Positions 49,521 through 63,235 of a stretch of 64,000 nucleotides of DNA are shown here, one piece after another. The notes below the pieces were generated by a model. The model ran no database searches and was not told where the DNA came from. It saw only the letters and a program-made list of their open reading frames with translations. The DNA is from Chiloscyllium plagiosum (Eukaryota), in the NCBI RefSeq assembly GCF_004010195.1, contig NC_057718.1:86982139-87046138 (forward strand), given 5' to 3'. Every line of letters starts with the position of its first letter. The stretch's first letter is position 1. Both the position numbers and the translations under genes were made by a program.

Positions 49521-51959
49521 ATATAAGTTTGTGGGGTGAATTTGTACTTGCTGAATTACATTTTATTTTGCTCAAAAACTGCATGAATCCATGTAAGATT
49601 CTGTAAGTCTGTTTTTTAGATTAGAATCAGTCTGAACATTGTGGCACAGACTGTTTCACATCGGGCACTCACACCTTCAATGTATTATCTGGGCCGACAT
49701 GACACCAGTTGTTAACGTTCACTTGAGAATATAACTTTAAAGAAGTTCTGCAAATTACGTATGTAAGAACTGAAAGTAACATGTTCATTCTAAAAGATGA
49801 GAGACTCAACAAACAATCCTGGTCTTTTTCAATATATAATTTCGGTTACATCACACTGCAAACTTTTGCCATAAATTCTGTGTCTTACGATCTTATACTC
49901 CACAACCACCTGATGAAGGAACAGCGCTCTGAAAGCTAGTGCTTCCAAATAAACCTGTTGGACTATAACCTGGTGTTGTGTGATTTTTAACTTTGTACAC
50001 CCTGTCCAACACCAGCATCTCTAAATCATAAAGAAATTGAGGGTTTGGTTAAGAAAAAGAAGGAAGCAAATGTCAGGCATAGCCAGGATAGATCGAGTGA
50101 ATCTTTAGAAGAGCACAAAGGCAGTATACTTGAGAGAAATCAGGAGGGCAAAAATGGCACATGAGGTAGCTTTGTCAAATAGAGTTAAGGAGAATCCAAA
50201 AGATTTTTACGAATACATTAAGGACAAAAGGGTAACTAGGGAGAGAATAGGCCCCTCAAAGATCAGCAAGGCGGTCTTTGTGTGGAACCACAGAAGATGG
50301 GGAAGATACTAAACGAGTATTTTGCGTTGGTGTTTACTGTGGAAAAGGACATGGAAGATATAGACTGTAGGGAAATAGATAGTGACATCTTGAAAAATGT
50401 CCATATTCCAGAGGAGGAAGTGCTAGATGTCTTGAAATGCATAAAAGTGGATAAATCCCCAGGACCTGATCAGGTGTACCCTAGAACTTTGTAGGAAGCT
50501 AGGGAATTGATTGCTGGGCCTCTTGCTGAAATATTTGTATCATCGATAGTCACAGGTGAGATGCTGGAAGACTGGAGGAAGGTAGTAAGGACAAGCCAGG
50601 GAACTGTAGATTGGTGAACACGTTGTTGGAGGGAATCCTGAGGGACAGGATGTTCATGTATTTAGAAAGGCAAGGACTGATTAGGGATAGTAAACATGGC
50701 TTTGTGCATCGGAAATCATGTCTCACAAACTTGATGGAGTTTTTTGAAGAAGTAATAAAGAGGATTGATGAGGCCAGAACAATAGACGTGATCTATATGG
50801 ACTTCAGTAAGGTTCTCTATGGGAGACTGGTTAGCAAGGTTAGACCTCATGGAATACAGGGAGAACTAGCTATTTGGATACAGAACTGGCTCAAAAGTAG
50901 AAGACAGAGGGTGGTGGTGGAGGGTCATTTTTCAGACTGGAGGCCTGTGACCTTTGGAGTGCCACAAGAATCGGTGCTGGGTCCACTACTTTTCATCATT
51001 TATGTAAATGATTTGGAGGTGAGCATAAGAGGTACAGTTAGTAAGTTTGCAGATGACACCAAAATTTGAAGTATAGTGGACAGTGAAGAAGGTTACCTCG
51101 GATTACAATGGGATCTTGAACAGATGGGCCAATGGACTCAGGATGGAGTTTAATTTAGATCAATGCAAGATGTTGCATTTTGGGGAAGTAAGTCTTAGCA
51201 GGACTTATACACTTAATGGTAAGGTCCTCAGGAGCATTGCTGAACAAAGAGACCTTGGAGTGCACGTTCATAGCTCCTTGAAAGTGGAGTCGCAGGTAGA
51301 TAGGATAGTGAAGAAGGCGTTTAGTATGCTTTCCTTTATTGGTCAGAGTATTGAGTACAGGATTTGGGAGGTCATGTTGCGGCTGTACAGGGCATTGGTT
51401 CGGCCACTTTTGGAATATTGCATGCAATTCTGGTCTCCTTCCTATCAATCCTTTCTATCCTTCGAAAGAGTTCAGAAAAGATTTACAAAGATGTTGCCAG
51501 TGTTGGAGATTTGAGCTATCAATGAGAAGTTGAATAGGTTGGACTGTTTTCCCTGGAGCGTCGGAGGCTGAGGAGTGACCTTATAGAGGTTTATAAAATC
51601 ATGACGGGCATGGGTAGGATAAATAGACAAAGTCTTTCTTCTGGGGTGGGGGAGTCTATAACTAGAAGCCATAGATTTAGGATGAGACGGGAAAGATATA
51701 AAAGAGACCTAAGGGACAACCTTTTCATGCAGAGGATGGTATGTGTATGGAATGGGCTGCCAGAAGAAGTGTTGGACGCTGGTACAACTGCTACATTTAA
51801 AAGGCATCTGGATGGATATATGAATAGGAAGGGTTTGGAGGGATATGGACTGGGGGCTGGCAGGTCAGACTAGATTGAGTTGGGATATCTGGTCAGCGTG
51901 GACGAGTTGGACCAAAGGGTCTGTTTCTGTGCTGTACATCTCTATGACTCTAAGAATAA

Positions 51960-52480
51960 ACCTTACTATACAATTTTGTACTGCAAAAAAAAAATCCCAT
52001 GCAAGGACTGCACAAAACACGACATAGGACAAACAGGAAGACAGCTAACGATCCGCATCCATGAACACCAACTAGCCACAAATCGACATGACCAGCTATC
52101 CTTAGTAGCCACACACGCAGATGACAAGCAACATGAATTCGACTAGAGCAACACTACTATTATAGGACAAGCCAAACAGAGAACAGCCAGGGAATTCCTA
52201 GAAGCATGGCACTCATCCACAGATTCAATCAATAAGCACATCGACCTGGACCCAACATACCGGCCACTGCGACAGACAGCTGGAACTAACAATCGGAAGC
52301 GACAGATTCAAACCACTACAAATGCCGGAGGAAAGATCACAGAAGCGCTTCACAGGAGGCTCCCAAGCACTGAGGATGTCACCTAGACAGGGGACGAAAC
52401 ATCTGCAGCACAAATTCCCAGCTCGGCGAACAGGACCACAACGAGCACCCGAGCTACAAATCTTCTCACAAACTTTGAAT
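51960..52480 (+). mobile_element. Penelope-like (Poseidon-type) 3' fragment: GIY-YIG C-terminus and terminal repeat
   Basis: KIPCKDCTKHDIGQTGRQLTIRIHEH...REFLEAWHS...SINKHIDL. Confidence 0.85.
52367..52406 (+). ncRNA. Minimal type I hammerhead ribozyme motif (third family)
   Basis: GCA-CUGAGGA-U-GUCACCU(agac)AGGGGAC-GAAA-CA-UC-UGC. Stem I GCA/UGC. Stem III ACAU is probably a CpG-decayed ACGU. Confidence 0.65.
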
Positions 52481-53139
52481 TTCGTCATTTTATCTTGTAA
52501 TTACTTAAATTTTAAACTTTGTTTTAGTTTTTCCTTCCACCCAAAAGTTCTCTTCTACTTAACAGAGTCTTGAGGGTTCATTCACCTCTCCTGGATCCAA
52601 TCAAATCTGTCTCGCAGTTCACCAGAATTCACTTTAACTTCTCCTCAGTGTTCCAGCTTCAAGGCCTCATTTGTATAACATCCCCAGCTAACACATGAGG
52701 CCTGCTTCCCACTGGTTGATAATTTTAAAAATCAGAAACACCCTTGGTTTCTGATAGTCCTCTGCTTTTGGATCCAGTGCTTAAACATCTCTGACTGCTG
52801 GCAGGCATCTCTCTTTGGGCCCCAATGATTTCCAAACACAAATTGCCAACTTCCATCATAGGGTGGAATTATTGTAGGTTGTAGTTTTCCTTCCTAACTG
52901 CAAGCTAGGCAAATCTTCCAGCCATGTTTACCATCAAAAATTCTATGTCTTCAAACTGAAAATGAGTTCCTACCCACATTCCATGTGGTTAATGATAACA
53001 TTTTCATTTCCTCTGCTTGATGTGCAAACTTGTCTTACATTTATTTCTGTTTTTTTGACTCCCAGTGACATGCACACGACGCAAGACCAAAGCTGCAATT
53101 GTCTGTGTCCGTGATATTCATGGATTTATCAGTTTTGTT

Positions 53140-56115
53140 TTTATATTAATTTGTGGGATGTGGGCTTCACTGGCTGGCCAGCGTCTATTGCCCATCCCTG
53201 TTGCCCTTGAGAAGCTGGTGGTGAGCTGCCTTCTTGAACCACTGCAGTCCACCTGCTGAGGGTTGACCCACAACACCATTAGGGATGGAATTCCAGGAAT
53301 TTGACCCAGTGACAATGAAGGAATAACGATATAGTTCCAAGTCAGGATGGTGAGTGGCTTAGAGAGGAACTTGAAGGTGTGCTTTTCCCATATATCTGCT
53401 GCCCATATCCTTCTAGATGGAAGTGGTTGTGGGTTTGGAAGGTGCCATCATTGGATTTTTGGTGAATTTCTGTAGTGCAACTTGTAGATAGCACACACTG
53501 CTGCTACTAAGCATCGGTGGTGGAAGGAGTGGATGCTTGTGCATGTGGTGCCAATCAAGTGGACTGCTTTGTCCTGGATGGTGTCAAGCTTCTTGTGTGC
53601 TGTTGGGGCTGCACTCATCCAGGCAAGTGGGGAGTATTCCATCACACTCCTGACTTATGCCTTGTAGGTGGTAGGCAGAGTTTGAGGAGTCAGGAGGTGA
53701 GTTACTCACCTCAGTATTTCTAGCTTCTGACCTGCTCTTGTAGCCACTGTGTTTATATGGTGAGTCCAGTTGAGTTTCTGGTCAATGGTGACCCTCAGAA
53801 TGTTGATCGTGGGGGATTCAGTGATGGTAATAACATTGAATGTCCATGGGCAGTGGTTAAATTGTCTCTTATTGGAGATGGTCACAGCCTGGCACTTGTA
53901 TGGCACAAATGTTACTTGCCACTAATCAGCCCAAGCCTGGATATTGTCCAGATCTTATATTTGGATATGGACTGCTTCAGCATCTGCAGAGTCGCAAATG
54001 GTGCTGAACATTGTGCAATCATTGGTGAACATCCCCACTTCAGACCTTGTCATAGAGGGAAGGACATTGGTGAAGTAGCTGAAGATGGTTGGGTCTAGGA
54101 CACTACTCTGACAAACTCCTGCAGAGATGTCTTGGAGCTGAGATGACTCAACTCCAAAACCACGCCATGTTGCTATATGTCACGTATGACTTCAGCCATT
54201 GGAGAGTTTGTCCCCGATACCCATTAATTCCAGTTTTGCTAGGCCTCGTTGATGCCAAATTTGGTTGAATGCAGCCTTGATGTCAAGGCCTGTAACTCTC
54301 ACTTTACCTCTGGAATTCAGCTCCTTTGTCCATGTTTGAACCAAGGCAGTAGTGAGGTCAGGAGCTGAATGGCCCTGGTGGAATCCAAACTGGGCATCAC
54401 TGAGCAGGTTATTGATGAGCAGGTGCTGCTTGACAGCACTGCTGATGACACTTTCCATCACTTCACTGATGTTTGAAAGTAGACTGATGGGACAGTAATT
54501 GGCAGGGTTGGATTTGTCCTGCTTTTTATGTACAGGACATACCTGGGCAATTTTCCACATTGTTCAGTAGATGCCAGTATTGTAACAGTATTGGAACAGC
54601 TTGGCTAGAGAAATGGCAAATTCTGGAGCACAAGTCTTCAGTACTATTCAGTACTGTTGCCAAAATGTTATCAGGGCCCCGAGCCTTTGCAGTATCCTTG
54701 TCACCAACTGTTTCTTGATAACGTGTGGTGTGAATTGAACTGGCTGAAGACTGGTACCTGTAACGCTAGAGACCGCTGGAGGAGGCCGAGACGAATCATT
54801 CACTCGACACTTCTGGCTGAAGATTATTGCAAAAGCTTCAGCCTTTTCTTTTGCACTGACGTGCTGGAGTCTTCCATCATTGAAGATGTGGATATTTGTG
54901 GCACCTCCTCCTCCAGTGAGTTGTTTAATTGATCACCACCATTCACAACTGGATGTGGCAGGACTGCAGAGCTTAGATCTAATTCATTGATTGTGAGACC
55001 ACTTAGCTCTGTCTATCACTTGCTGCTTATGCTGTTTGGCATGCAAGTAGTCCTGTTTTGTGCTTTCACCCGATTTATATATCATCTTCAGATATGCCTG
55101 GTGCTGCTCCTGGTGCCCACCTCTCTCTCCATTGAACTAGGGTTGAACCCTGGCTTGATGGTAATGGTTGAATGGAGGATATGCCGGGTCATGAGGTTAC
55201 AGATTGTGCTGGACTGCAATTCAGTTGATGTTGATGGCCCACAGTACATCATGAGCTGTTCAATCTATTTGAAGTCTGTCCCATTTAGCACAATGGTAGT
55301 ACCACAAAACACAATAGAAATTATTCTTAATGTGAGGGCAGGACTTCATCTCCAGAAGGACTGTGTGGTGGTTGCACTTACCGATACTATCACGGACAGA
55401 TGCATATGCAGCCATCAGATTGGTAAGGATGAGGTCAAGTATATTTTTCCTATTTGTTAATTCCACTACCATCTGCCAAAGACTCAGTCTGGCAGCTATG
55501 TCTTTAGGACTTTACCATCTTGATCTGTAGTGCTGCTGCCTTGCCATTCTTGGTGGTAGTCATTCAAATACCCCACCCAGAGTACATTTATTGCACTTGC
55601 CATCCTTGCTTCCTTTAAGCATTGTTCAACATGGAGGAGTTCCAATTCATCACCTAAGGGAGAATGGTACATGGTAATCAGCAGGAGGTTTCCTTGCCCA
55701 TGTTTAACCTGAAGCCATGAGACTTTATGGAGTCCGGAGTCAGTGATGAAAACTCCCAGTGCAACTCCCCCATAACTGTATACCAATGTGCCATCACCTC
55801 TGCTAGGTCTGTCCTGCCAGTGGTACCAGACATATCCAAGGATGGTGATAGTGGTGTCTGGGACAACTTTGGCACTAGTCCTCAGATGTTAGTGAGGAGG
55901 ACTTTGCAAGGTCGTCAGGGCTGTTTCTGCCACAGTCTTATCCAGTGCCTAGGTCAATGCCAGGTGATCTGTCCAGTTTCATTTCTTTGAGACTTTGCAG
56001 TGATTGGTACAACTGAATGGCTTGTTAGGCCATTTCAGAGGGCAGTTGGGAGTCAACCACATTGCTCTGGATCTGGAGACACATGTAAGGATGGCAGATT
56101 TCCCTGAAGGACATT
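53140..56115 (-). mobile_element. LINE family B, about 3-kb near-complete decayed copy (APE endonuclease and RT, no evident ORF1)
   Basis: ILDLILTN, WKIAQVCPVHKKQDKSNPANYCPISLLS, QFGFHQGHS and LDIKAAFN. Tail gggatgggcaatagacgctggcc. Confidence 0.85.
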
Positions 56116-56127
56116 AATGTTAGTAAA

Positions 56128-56270
56128 CTAATACTCAACACTGGAGCCCCTCTGGGGTGCGTACTCAGCTCCTTACTGTACTCACTGTATATCCATGACT
56201 GCATTGCTAAATACGAGACTAACACCATTCACAAGTTCGCTGATGACACCACCATAGTCAGTCGAATCTG
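56128..56270 (+). mobile_element. Rex1/Babar-like RT fragment
   Basis: LILNTGAPLGCVLSSLLYSLYIHDC...KFADDTTIV. Confidence 0.7.
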
Positions 56271-57058
56271 ATATTCCATGAATGGATTAACATAAATTAA
56301 AATACTTTACACAATCACCCAAATTGACTTTTCTCATTTTAGTCTACCTGTAAAAATACAGAAAAATTAAAAGACCCAGTCTCTACAAAATTAGAAAGAA
56401 AAAAAGTTTTTTTTAGTAAAAGTGACTATAAAAGATTGTCATTAAAATCCAACTGGTTTGTTCATGAATTTTTTGGGAAGGAGGTCTGCCGCTCTTATCT
56501 AACCATAAAGCAACTTGATTGCTTCTTAATTTGCCTTCCAAACTTAAGGCACACAGTTGTACCAATTTTTAGCTCACTACTAAGAGCAACATAATATGTA
56601 TTAAATACAGCCATTGCCAGTAACACTCACTTCTGGAGAGTATTTTTATTAAAACACAGAGGGAGGGAGAGTCAGTCACAGATTGTTCTGATGCACCATG
56701 ATGGCAGGCTCACAGTGGTAGTAGATTTATTTCCTGTTTCTATGACTGCATGTAATGGAATAAGTGGCAAGAATTAAAAGCAAAAAGAATGTGGTCAAAT
56801 GATTAATCCTCTTTGTACTGAGTGCCAAAGAAGATTAGTTACCAATACTTGGTTGCATCTATCAGATTGAATACCGCCGTGTGATTTGTAGTCACAGTGC
56901 CTCATCCTATTCATTAAAGGAATCACTGGTGTCAATCAGCTGTGGGTCTCATGCACAGCAGGCATGCTACAATATGTTGTGATGAATTGCATTGGTGTAG
57001 TGGACTCATCTGTTAACTATATTTCCAGTTGACTGTAGGTCTTCCTCTCTCCTCTCAG

Positions 57059-57198
57059 GGGTGTTGGCGCAAGATCACAGTGGATGATACTATGCCCTTC
57101 GACAAAAATGATAAACTGCTGCTTCCATCTTCAACCTGCCTGGGCGAGCTTTGGCCAATGTTGCTGTCGAAAGCTCTCATAAAGCTTGCAAGCATTGA
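57059..57198 (+). CDS. ADGB: Androglobin internal exon (GCWRKITVDDTMPFDKNDKLLLPSSTCLGELWPMLLSKALIKLASI)
   Basis: cttcctctctcctctcAG acceptor, GTatgt donor, 140 nt, phase 0-2. Calpain-like WRKITVDD and ELWPMLLSKA motifs. Confidence 0.95.
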
Positions 57199-57669
57199 GT
57201 ATGTTAAAACCATTTCTTTGAGGATGGTTATTAATAATAAGTTCAGCATTTTAATTCTTAAAACTTGTGTGTACTATCACAAAAATGTCTCTCCCTACCT
57301 TCCAAATTGCACTGAAGTGAAATCTGCAACCTACTGTACATTCTATAATCATTAAAGATGGAATTTTCTATCACATACATTCCACTTAGAATCATAGAAT
57401 CAAAAGCACAAAAGGAAGACACTCAGCTCATTGTACCTGTACTGGCTCTTTGATAGAGCTATTTGATTAATCCCATTTTCATCTTCTTTCCCCGAAGCCT
57501 TGTTTTTTTTTGTCAGGTATTTAACCAATTCCCTTTTGAAAATGCCTGTTGAGTCTGCAACATCTTCCTTCTTCGGCATTGCATGATACACAAAGTAACT
57601 CTTCTTCATTCCCTTGTTGCCATTTTTTCAAATTTTTAAATCTGTGACTCTCCTGACATTTACTCAGTC

Positions 57670-58860
57670 AGCTGGGGATTTGGTTCTGGAGTGAGGTGGG
57701 GGGAGGGTAGATTTGGAAACTAGTGAAGTAGGACGAAAGGTCGACACAACATTGAGGGTCGAAGGGCCTGTACTGTGCTGTACTGTTCTATGAAATCTGG
57801 GGACACCTGGGATGTCCTGGAGAGGAATTGATCCTCCTGGGAGCAGGCATGGTGGAGACAGAGGAATGGGGATTAAGGGATTGAGTTTTTACGGCAGTAG
57901 GGGGAGTAGGAGGAGGTGTAGTCAAGGTAGCTGTGAAAGTTGATGGGTTTAAAGTAGATGTCCGTGTTGAGTCGGTTGCCAAAGATGGAGTCGGAGAGGT
58001 CCAGGAAGGGGAGGGAAGTGTCGGAGATGGTCCATGTGAACTTGAAGTCAGGGTGGAAATGTTGGTGAAGTTGATGAACTGATCAACCTCCTCGTGGGAG
58101 CATGGGGTGGTGCTGATACAGTCATCAGTGTGGCAGAGGAAAAGGTGGGGGGTGGTGCCGGTGTAACCATGGAAGATGGACAGTTCCACATATCCTGCAA
58201 AAGAGGCAGGCATAGCTGAGACCCATATACGTGACCATGTCTACCTCTCTGGTCTAGGAAGTGGGAGGATTCGAAGGCGAAGTTGTTGAGGGTGAGGACA
58301 AGTTCTGCCAATTGAATGAGTGTGTCAGTGGAGGGGAACTAGTTAGGATGGCAGGAGAGGTAGAGATGGAGGGGTTGTAGGCCTTTACAATGGGGAATGG
58401 ATGTGTATAGGGACTGGATGTCCACGATGAAAATGAGGACCTAGGGGCTGGGAAATCGAAAGTCATAGAGAAGGTGGAGGATATGGGTGGCGTCCTGAAC
58501 ATATGTGGGAGTTCCTGAACCAAGGGGGACAGGACGGTGTCAAGATATGAGGAGATGAATTCAGTGGGGCAGGAGCAAGCGGAGACGATAGGTCAAGCGG
58601 GGCAGTCAGGTTTGCGGATTTTGAATAAGAGGTAAAACTCAGCCGTGCGGGATTGGGGAATTATGAGGTTGGAGGTTGTTAATGGGAGATTCCCTGAGGT
58701 GATGAGGTTGTGGATGTTTAGGTGATGATGGTCTGGTGATGGCAGGTGGGGTAATGGTCCATGGGGTAAAAGGAGGAGGTGTCCATGAATTGGCATCTGG
58801 CTTTGGTGAGATGGAGGTCAGTGCATCATACTACCACTGCACCACCCCTGCCCCCACCCC
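57670..58860 (-). mobile_element. Penelope-like RT fragment, decayed
   Basis: FYLLFKIRKPDCP, ELVLTLNNFAF and PHLFLCHTDDCI (RYIDD equivalent). A CR1 tail fragment is inserted at about 57735-57793. Confidence 0.8.
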
Positions 58861-58879
58861 TTGTCAGCTGGTTTGATGG

Positions 58880-59620
58880 TGAGGTCCATCTACCAAAGTG
58901 CATCATCTTATATTTATCAGGGTTAAACAACTATCTGCCACTGCGCTGCCCATCTGACCAAACCATTTATATCCTCCCATAACCTAACACTTCACTCTTC
59001 ACTGTCAACCATCCAGTGAATCTTTGTGTCATCTGGAGACTTACATATTATCCCCACGACATTCTCATCTGCATCACTTATTAATGTCACAAACACTAAG
59101 GGTCCAAGCAGTGATCATTGTGGTACGCTGCTGCATGCAGGGGTCCAGTCACAAAAACAATCTTCTCCCACCATCCTCTGCCTCTTATCACTAAGCCAAT
59201 TTTAGATCAACAATTTACCTGGATCCCATGAGCTTTTATTTTTATCAGTTTCCCATGCTAAACTTTGTCAAAGGCCTTGCTGAAATCCATATAAATAACA
59301 TCTACTGCCCTAGCCTCGTCCAAACACTTGGTCACCTCCTCAAAAGATTCCACCAGATTTGTTAGGCATGACCTCCCTCTGCTGGTAATGCTGACTGACC
59401 TTGTTCAACTCTTGCCTCTCTAAATGGAGATTTTTTTTTCATCCACTATTTTCTTCAAAAGTTTCCTTACCACTAATGTTAGATTCATTGGAATATAGTT
59501 CCCTGGTCTATCTCTATCATCTTTCTTGTAAATTGGAATCACATTAGATGTCCTGCATTCCTCTGTCACCTCCCCGTGGCTAAAGATGATTTAAAATGTG
59601 GGTCAAGCCTCGATATTTCC
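58880..59620 (-). mobile_element. Old CR1 RT fragment
   Basis: Reverse complement gives DFSKAFDK, SVPQ-SLLGP and ERWQ-like remnants. Confidence 0.7.
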
Positions 59621-59699
59621 ATAATTTTAGTATAATTTTAATTTAATTGCCTTTATAATATCATGTCTATCAATTTTCTGTTTCCTGCTGAATTTGTTT

Positions 59700-59911
59700 A
59701 GGCGGAAGTGGGTCCTGCAGATGCTGGAGATTAGAGTCAAGATTAGAGTGGTACTGGAAAAGCACAGCAGGTCAGGCAGCATCCGAGGAGCAGGAAAATC
59801 GATGTTTGGGAAAAGCCCTTCATCAGGAATTCCTGATGCCAGGAACGTCGATTTTTCTGCTCCTCGGATGCTGCCTGACCTGCTGTGTTTTTCCAGCACC
59901 ACTCTAACACA
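59700..59911. mobile_element. PLE foldback remnant
   Basis: Inverted arms around catcaggaattcctgatg. TSD gaatttgttt (59690-59699 and 59912-59921). Confidence 0.8.
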
Positions 59912-60291
59912 GAATTTGTTTGTCTCTTTGTGTCAGAGCATGATCATTATATTCTTACATATCTTAACCTGATTGCTTAGTCTATGTGTTAATTTTGTCA
60001 TGTACGTTGCAGTGCAATTCAGTCTTTGAGCTGCAAATGTGTTTTTTGAATACAATGTCATGCTATTAAAGCGTTTGCAATTCTCAAGAATATAATCCCA
60101 ATTTCTCTAGTATCACTACACAACTGAAGTTGCCATTCACTATTGATGTTTTAGTACACCTCTTCAGCATCCTCTCCAAGGCCACTTCCTTAAATGTGGC
60201 GTCCATATTTGATTTATAGGTCAGCCAGTAGGCAGCGTGGTAGGACAGTGCATTGACACATCATATTACAGCATTATCTGTTATCTGTTTG

Positions 60292-60600
60292 TGGGCGGCA
60301 CGGTGGCACAGTGGTTAGCACTGCTGCCTCACAGCGCCAGAGACCCGGGTTCAATTCCCGCCTCAGGCGACTGACTGTGTGGAGTTTGCACGTTCTCCCC
60401 GTGTCTGCGTGGGTTTCCTCCCACAGTCCAAAGATGTGCAGGGTCAGGTGAATTGGCCATACTAAATTGCCCGTAGTGTTAGGTAAGGGATAAATGTAGG
60501 GGTATGGGTGGGTTTCGCTTCGGTGGGTCGGTGTGGACTTGTTGGGCCGAAGGGCCTGTTTCCACACTGTAATCTAATCTAAATCTAATGTAATCTAATC
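60292..60600 (+). mobile_element. HE1-like V-SINE (young, CpG-rich)
   Basis: A-box ggcacagtgg, B-box ggttcaattccc, V-domain and (tctaa)n tail. Confidence 0.9.
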
Positions 60601-61734
60601 AATATCTGTTGGTAGCATTTACAGCCAGCGTGTCTATTGAAATACCACCACCCACATTTTAACACTATCTGGATCCTGAAGGTATTGGATTTTCCTGCAA
60701 GGGATGCAGCAGAGTCAGAAGTGTGCAGTACGTGGCTACAGCAAACATTACTCATGCAGTGGCCCTACTCCCAGAAAAAAATTACTGTAGGTCTGAGGAG
60801 CCAGTCACAGTTTCCAAAAATACATTTCTGCTCTTCACAATTAATACTTCTAGGCCTTGTTTTGTAAAAGACTTCCGTATTGCAAGAATGATCTAGTAAC
60901 CTACTCTGTAAAACAGTTACAAGGTTAACAGAGCTGAAAGTGTATAAGACTGAACAGGTTGTTGTTCGTTTATCTTAGAAAAGAGAAAACTAAGAGATCA
61001 CCTGATAGAGATTTCTAGAATTTTGAACATCTTGAGAACAAACTTTAATAACATTCTGGCCAGATAGTGTCAGCAAAACTAAACACAATGCCCCTGACAG
61101 ACTTTCCAAACCCTGCAGGCTGCTAAATCCCATGGTCTGTCCATCATAGTTGTCTCAGAGTAAAATGACACGGTTATCTGCTGCTTCTTGACAAGGAGAT
61201 TTGACACGAAATAGATTCACTAGCTAAAGCAACCTTAAGCAGCGCCTTCAGTTTGTTATTTTGAACAGACATCAAAATGTATTGTTTCAAGTTTAGGATC
61301 TTATGCTGTATATTATGTAAAATATATTACATCCTGGTTATTCATGTAAGTGGTCCAAATATTCTAGATTCAACCATGCACTCATTCTGCCCAATGTCTC
61401 TCTATGGAATAGTATACTCTGGGGTGTCACAATTCAAGCTAAATTGTTAAGAAATGTCTGAGAAAAAGATTTAACTTTAATAAAAACTGAGCAAGTAAAT
61501 CCCATTCCAGGGCAACGGCACCTTGATCTGACACACTGAACTGAGCCAGAGTTGGAAAAGGGTATTGAACATTGTTGCATCCAATTAGTTACATCACAAT
61601 TCAGCAACTTCGCAAACTAATAATTTTGCTTAGACCTTACTTTATTTTCAGACATTTTGAATTCCACACAGAGCTTGAGGCAAGTGGGAAACATTAATTG
61701 TATTAAGATGTAAATAAATCACAGCTTTAGTACA

Positions 61735-61925
61735 GTGATGATATCCTTGCATCTAAGTCAGAAGTTGAGTTCAAGTTGCATTGGAGAGTCTTGAGCACAG
61801 AATAAAGGCTAACAATGTAGTATAGTCCCTGGGGAGTACTGCTCTTCTGCAGCTGCTGTCTTTTGACTGAGACATTAAACCAAGACCCTGACTGATCTCT
61901 CAGATGGATGTAAATCGTCACATGA
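61735..61925 (+). mobile_element. Deu-domain SINE 5' fragment
   Basis: cttgagcaca...tgtcttttgactgagacattaaaccaagaccc...ctcagatggatgtaaa. Confidence 0.6.
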
Positions 61926-62788
61926 TTAAAAACCTATTCCTACTTAGGAACTTGCTGAACAACTTCTATGACTAACATGCCTTTTAAAAAATGTTGTGAA
62001 AAATGTTCTAATCACTAAATTTAGTGGTGATTTAATTGGCAGCCCTCGCAATAATACAAGATATTGAATGTGCTACATTTCTGCACATTGGTGAGTCATT
62101 GTGTTTGTCAAAGTAGAATAACTTATACTTACCTTCCTTGTTCTCCCTGTGACCATGGTGAAAAAGTACCCTTGTTTTTTCTATTTATAAAACTAAACAA
62201 CTGTCATTGTCTCTGATTGGTAGAAAAAAACTCGATGTTCATAATTAAGAAGCAGGGTCTACTCTCCACTCCTCCACCTCTGGTCTCATGTAATATCCCT
62301 CCCTTTGTCGCAATTATGCTTTCAGCCACCTGGGTTCTACACACTGAAAGTTCTTCTGTATACTTTGCATGCTGCACATGTCCATCTCTCTTGAAAACCT
62401 ATTACTTTCACCACTCCTTAGAAATTATTTTCCTTGGCATGTTGTTTAATGTTGACTCTACCCCTGCAAAATCCCTTGAGATATTGGTCTATGTCAAAGA
62501 AGCTCCTTTAAAGCAAATTGCATTTGAGGAAACAGCATTAAAACCTAGCTAATTAGTATTTTTAGATAGTCGCTTGACTACACTTTAAATTAAAACACTT
62601 TTTTTTCACTTCCTAAAAATATACATAATTGCATTAATGAAAGTGTAAATAACAGAATATAGGAAGTAGGGGCTCACCTCCAAAGAACACAAGACAAAAA
62701 TAATCACATCACAAGTTAAAAAAGGAACAAGAAAGTTGAAAACTATTAAACATAACATAAGATGAAAAGAAAACAACTTACATTTATA

Positions 62789-63235
62789 GAGTCACACAGC
62801 ATGAAAACAGACCCTTCGGCCCAACTTGTCTGCACCAACCAGACATCCTAATCTGACCTAGTCCTATTTGCCAGCATTTGGCCCAAATCCCTCTAAACCC
62901 TTCCTATTCATATATCCATCCAAATACCTTTTAAGTGTTGTAATTGTACCCACCTCCATCACTTCCTCTAGTAGCTTGTTCCATTCACGTGCCATCCTCT
63001 GCGAGAAAAAGTTATCCCTCAGGTCCTTTTTAAATCTTTCCCCTCTCACCTTAAACCTATGACCTCTAGTTTTGGACTCACCCACCCGAGGAAAAAGACC
63101 TTGGCTATTCATCCTATTCATGCCCCTTATGATTTTATAAACCTCTATAAGGTCACCTTTCAGCTTCTGACACTCCAGAAAAAAAAGGGCTCAGCCCATT
63201 CAGCCTCTCCTTATAGCTGAAACCCTCCAGTCCTG
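62789..63235 (-). mobile_element. CR1 3' fragment inserted in the tail of a DeuSINE
   Basis: TRGHRFKVRGERF...FFSQR ORF2 end. The SINE tail aacaacttacatttata lies on the left. Confidence 0.85.

Larger units (their letters stand above)
47580..50028. mobile_element. PLE-derived long foldback insertion with central (TG)n/(CA)n tracts
   Basis: 13-bp TSD taaagaaattgag (47567-47579 and 50029-50041). Left arm (47580-47850 plus 48754-48935) is inverted relative to about 49520-49990. Minus-strand KFGTHGDGLNRDLGF at about 49246-49310 is a PLE ORF C-terminus. Confidence 0.85.
43180..51952 (+). mobile_element. Near full-length CR1 subfamily C, split into 43180-44358, 46320-47579 and 50029-51952
   Basis: ORF1 ATG at 43807 (C..C, GDSLVRG), EN ITETW/ASDHN, RT FADD and tail tctctatgactct. 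Confidence 0.85.

Noticed and set aside
48989..49606. CV-rich and HT-rich ORFs
   Set aside because: These are translations of (TG)n/(CA)n microsatellites.
50011..50022. PLE end ccagcatctc complementary to the left flank ggagatgctgg (47551-47561)
   Set aside because: A similar end occurs in the 10317-10492 copy, so it is element-encoded. The match may be coincidental.
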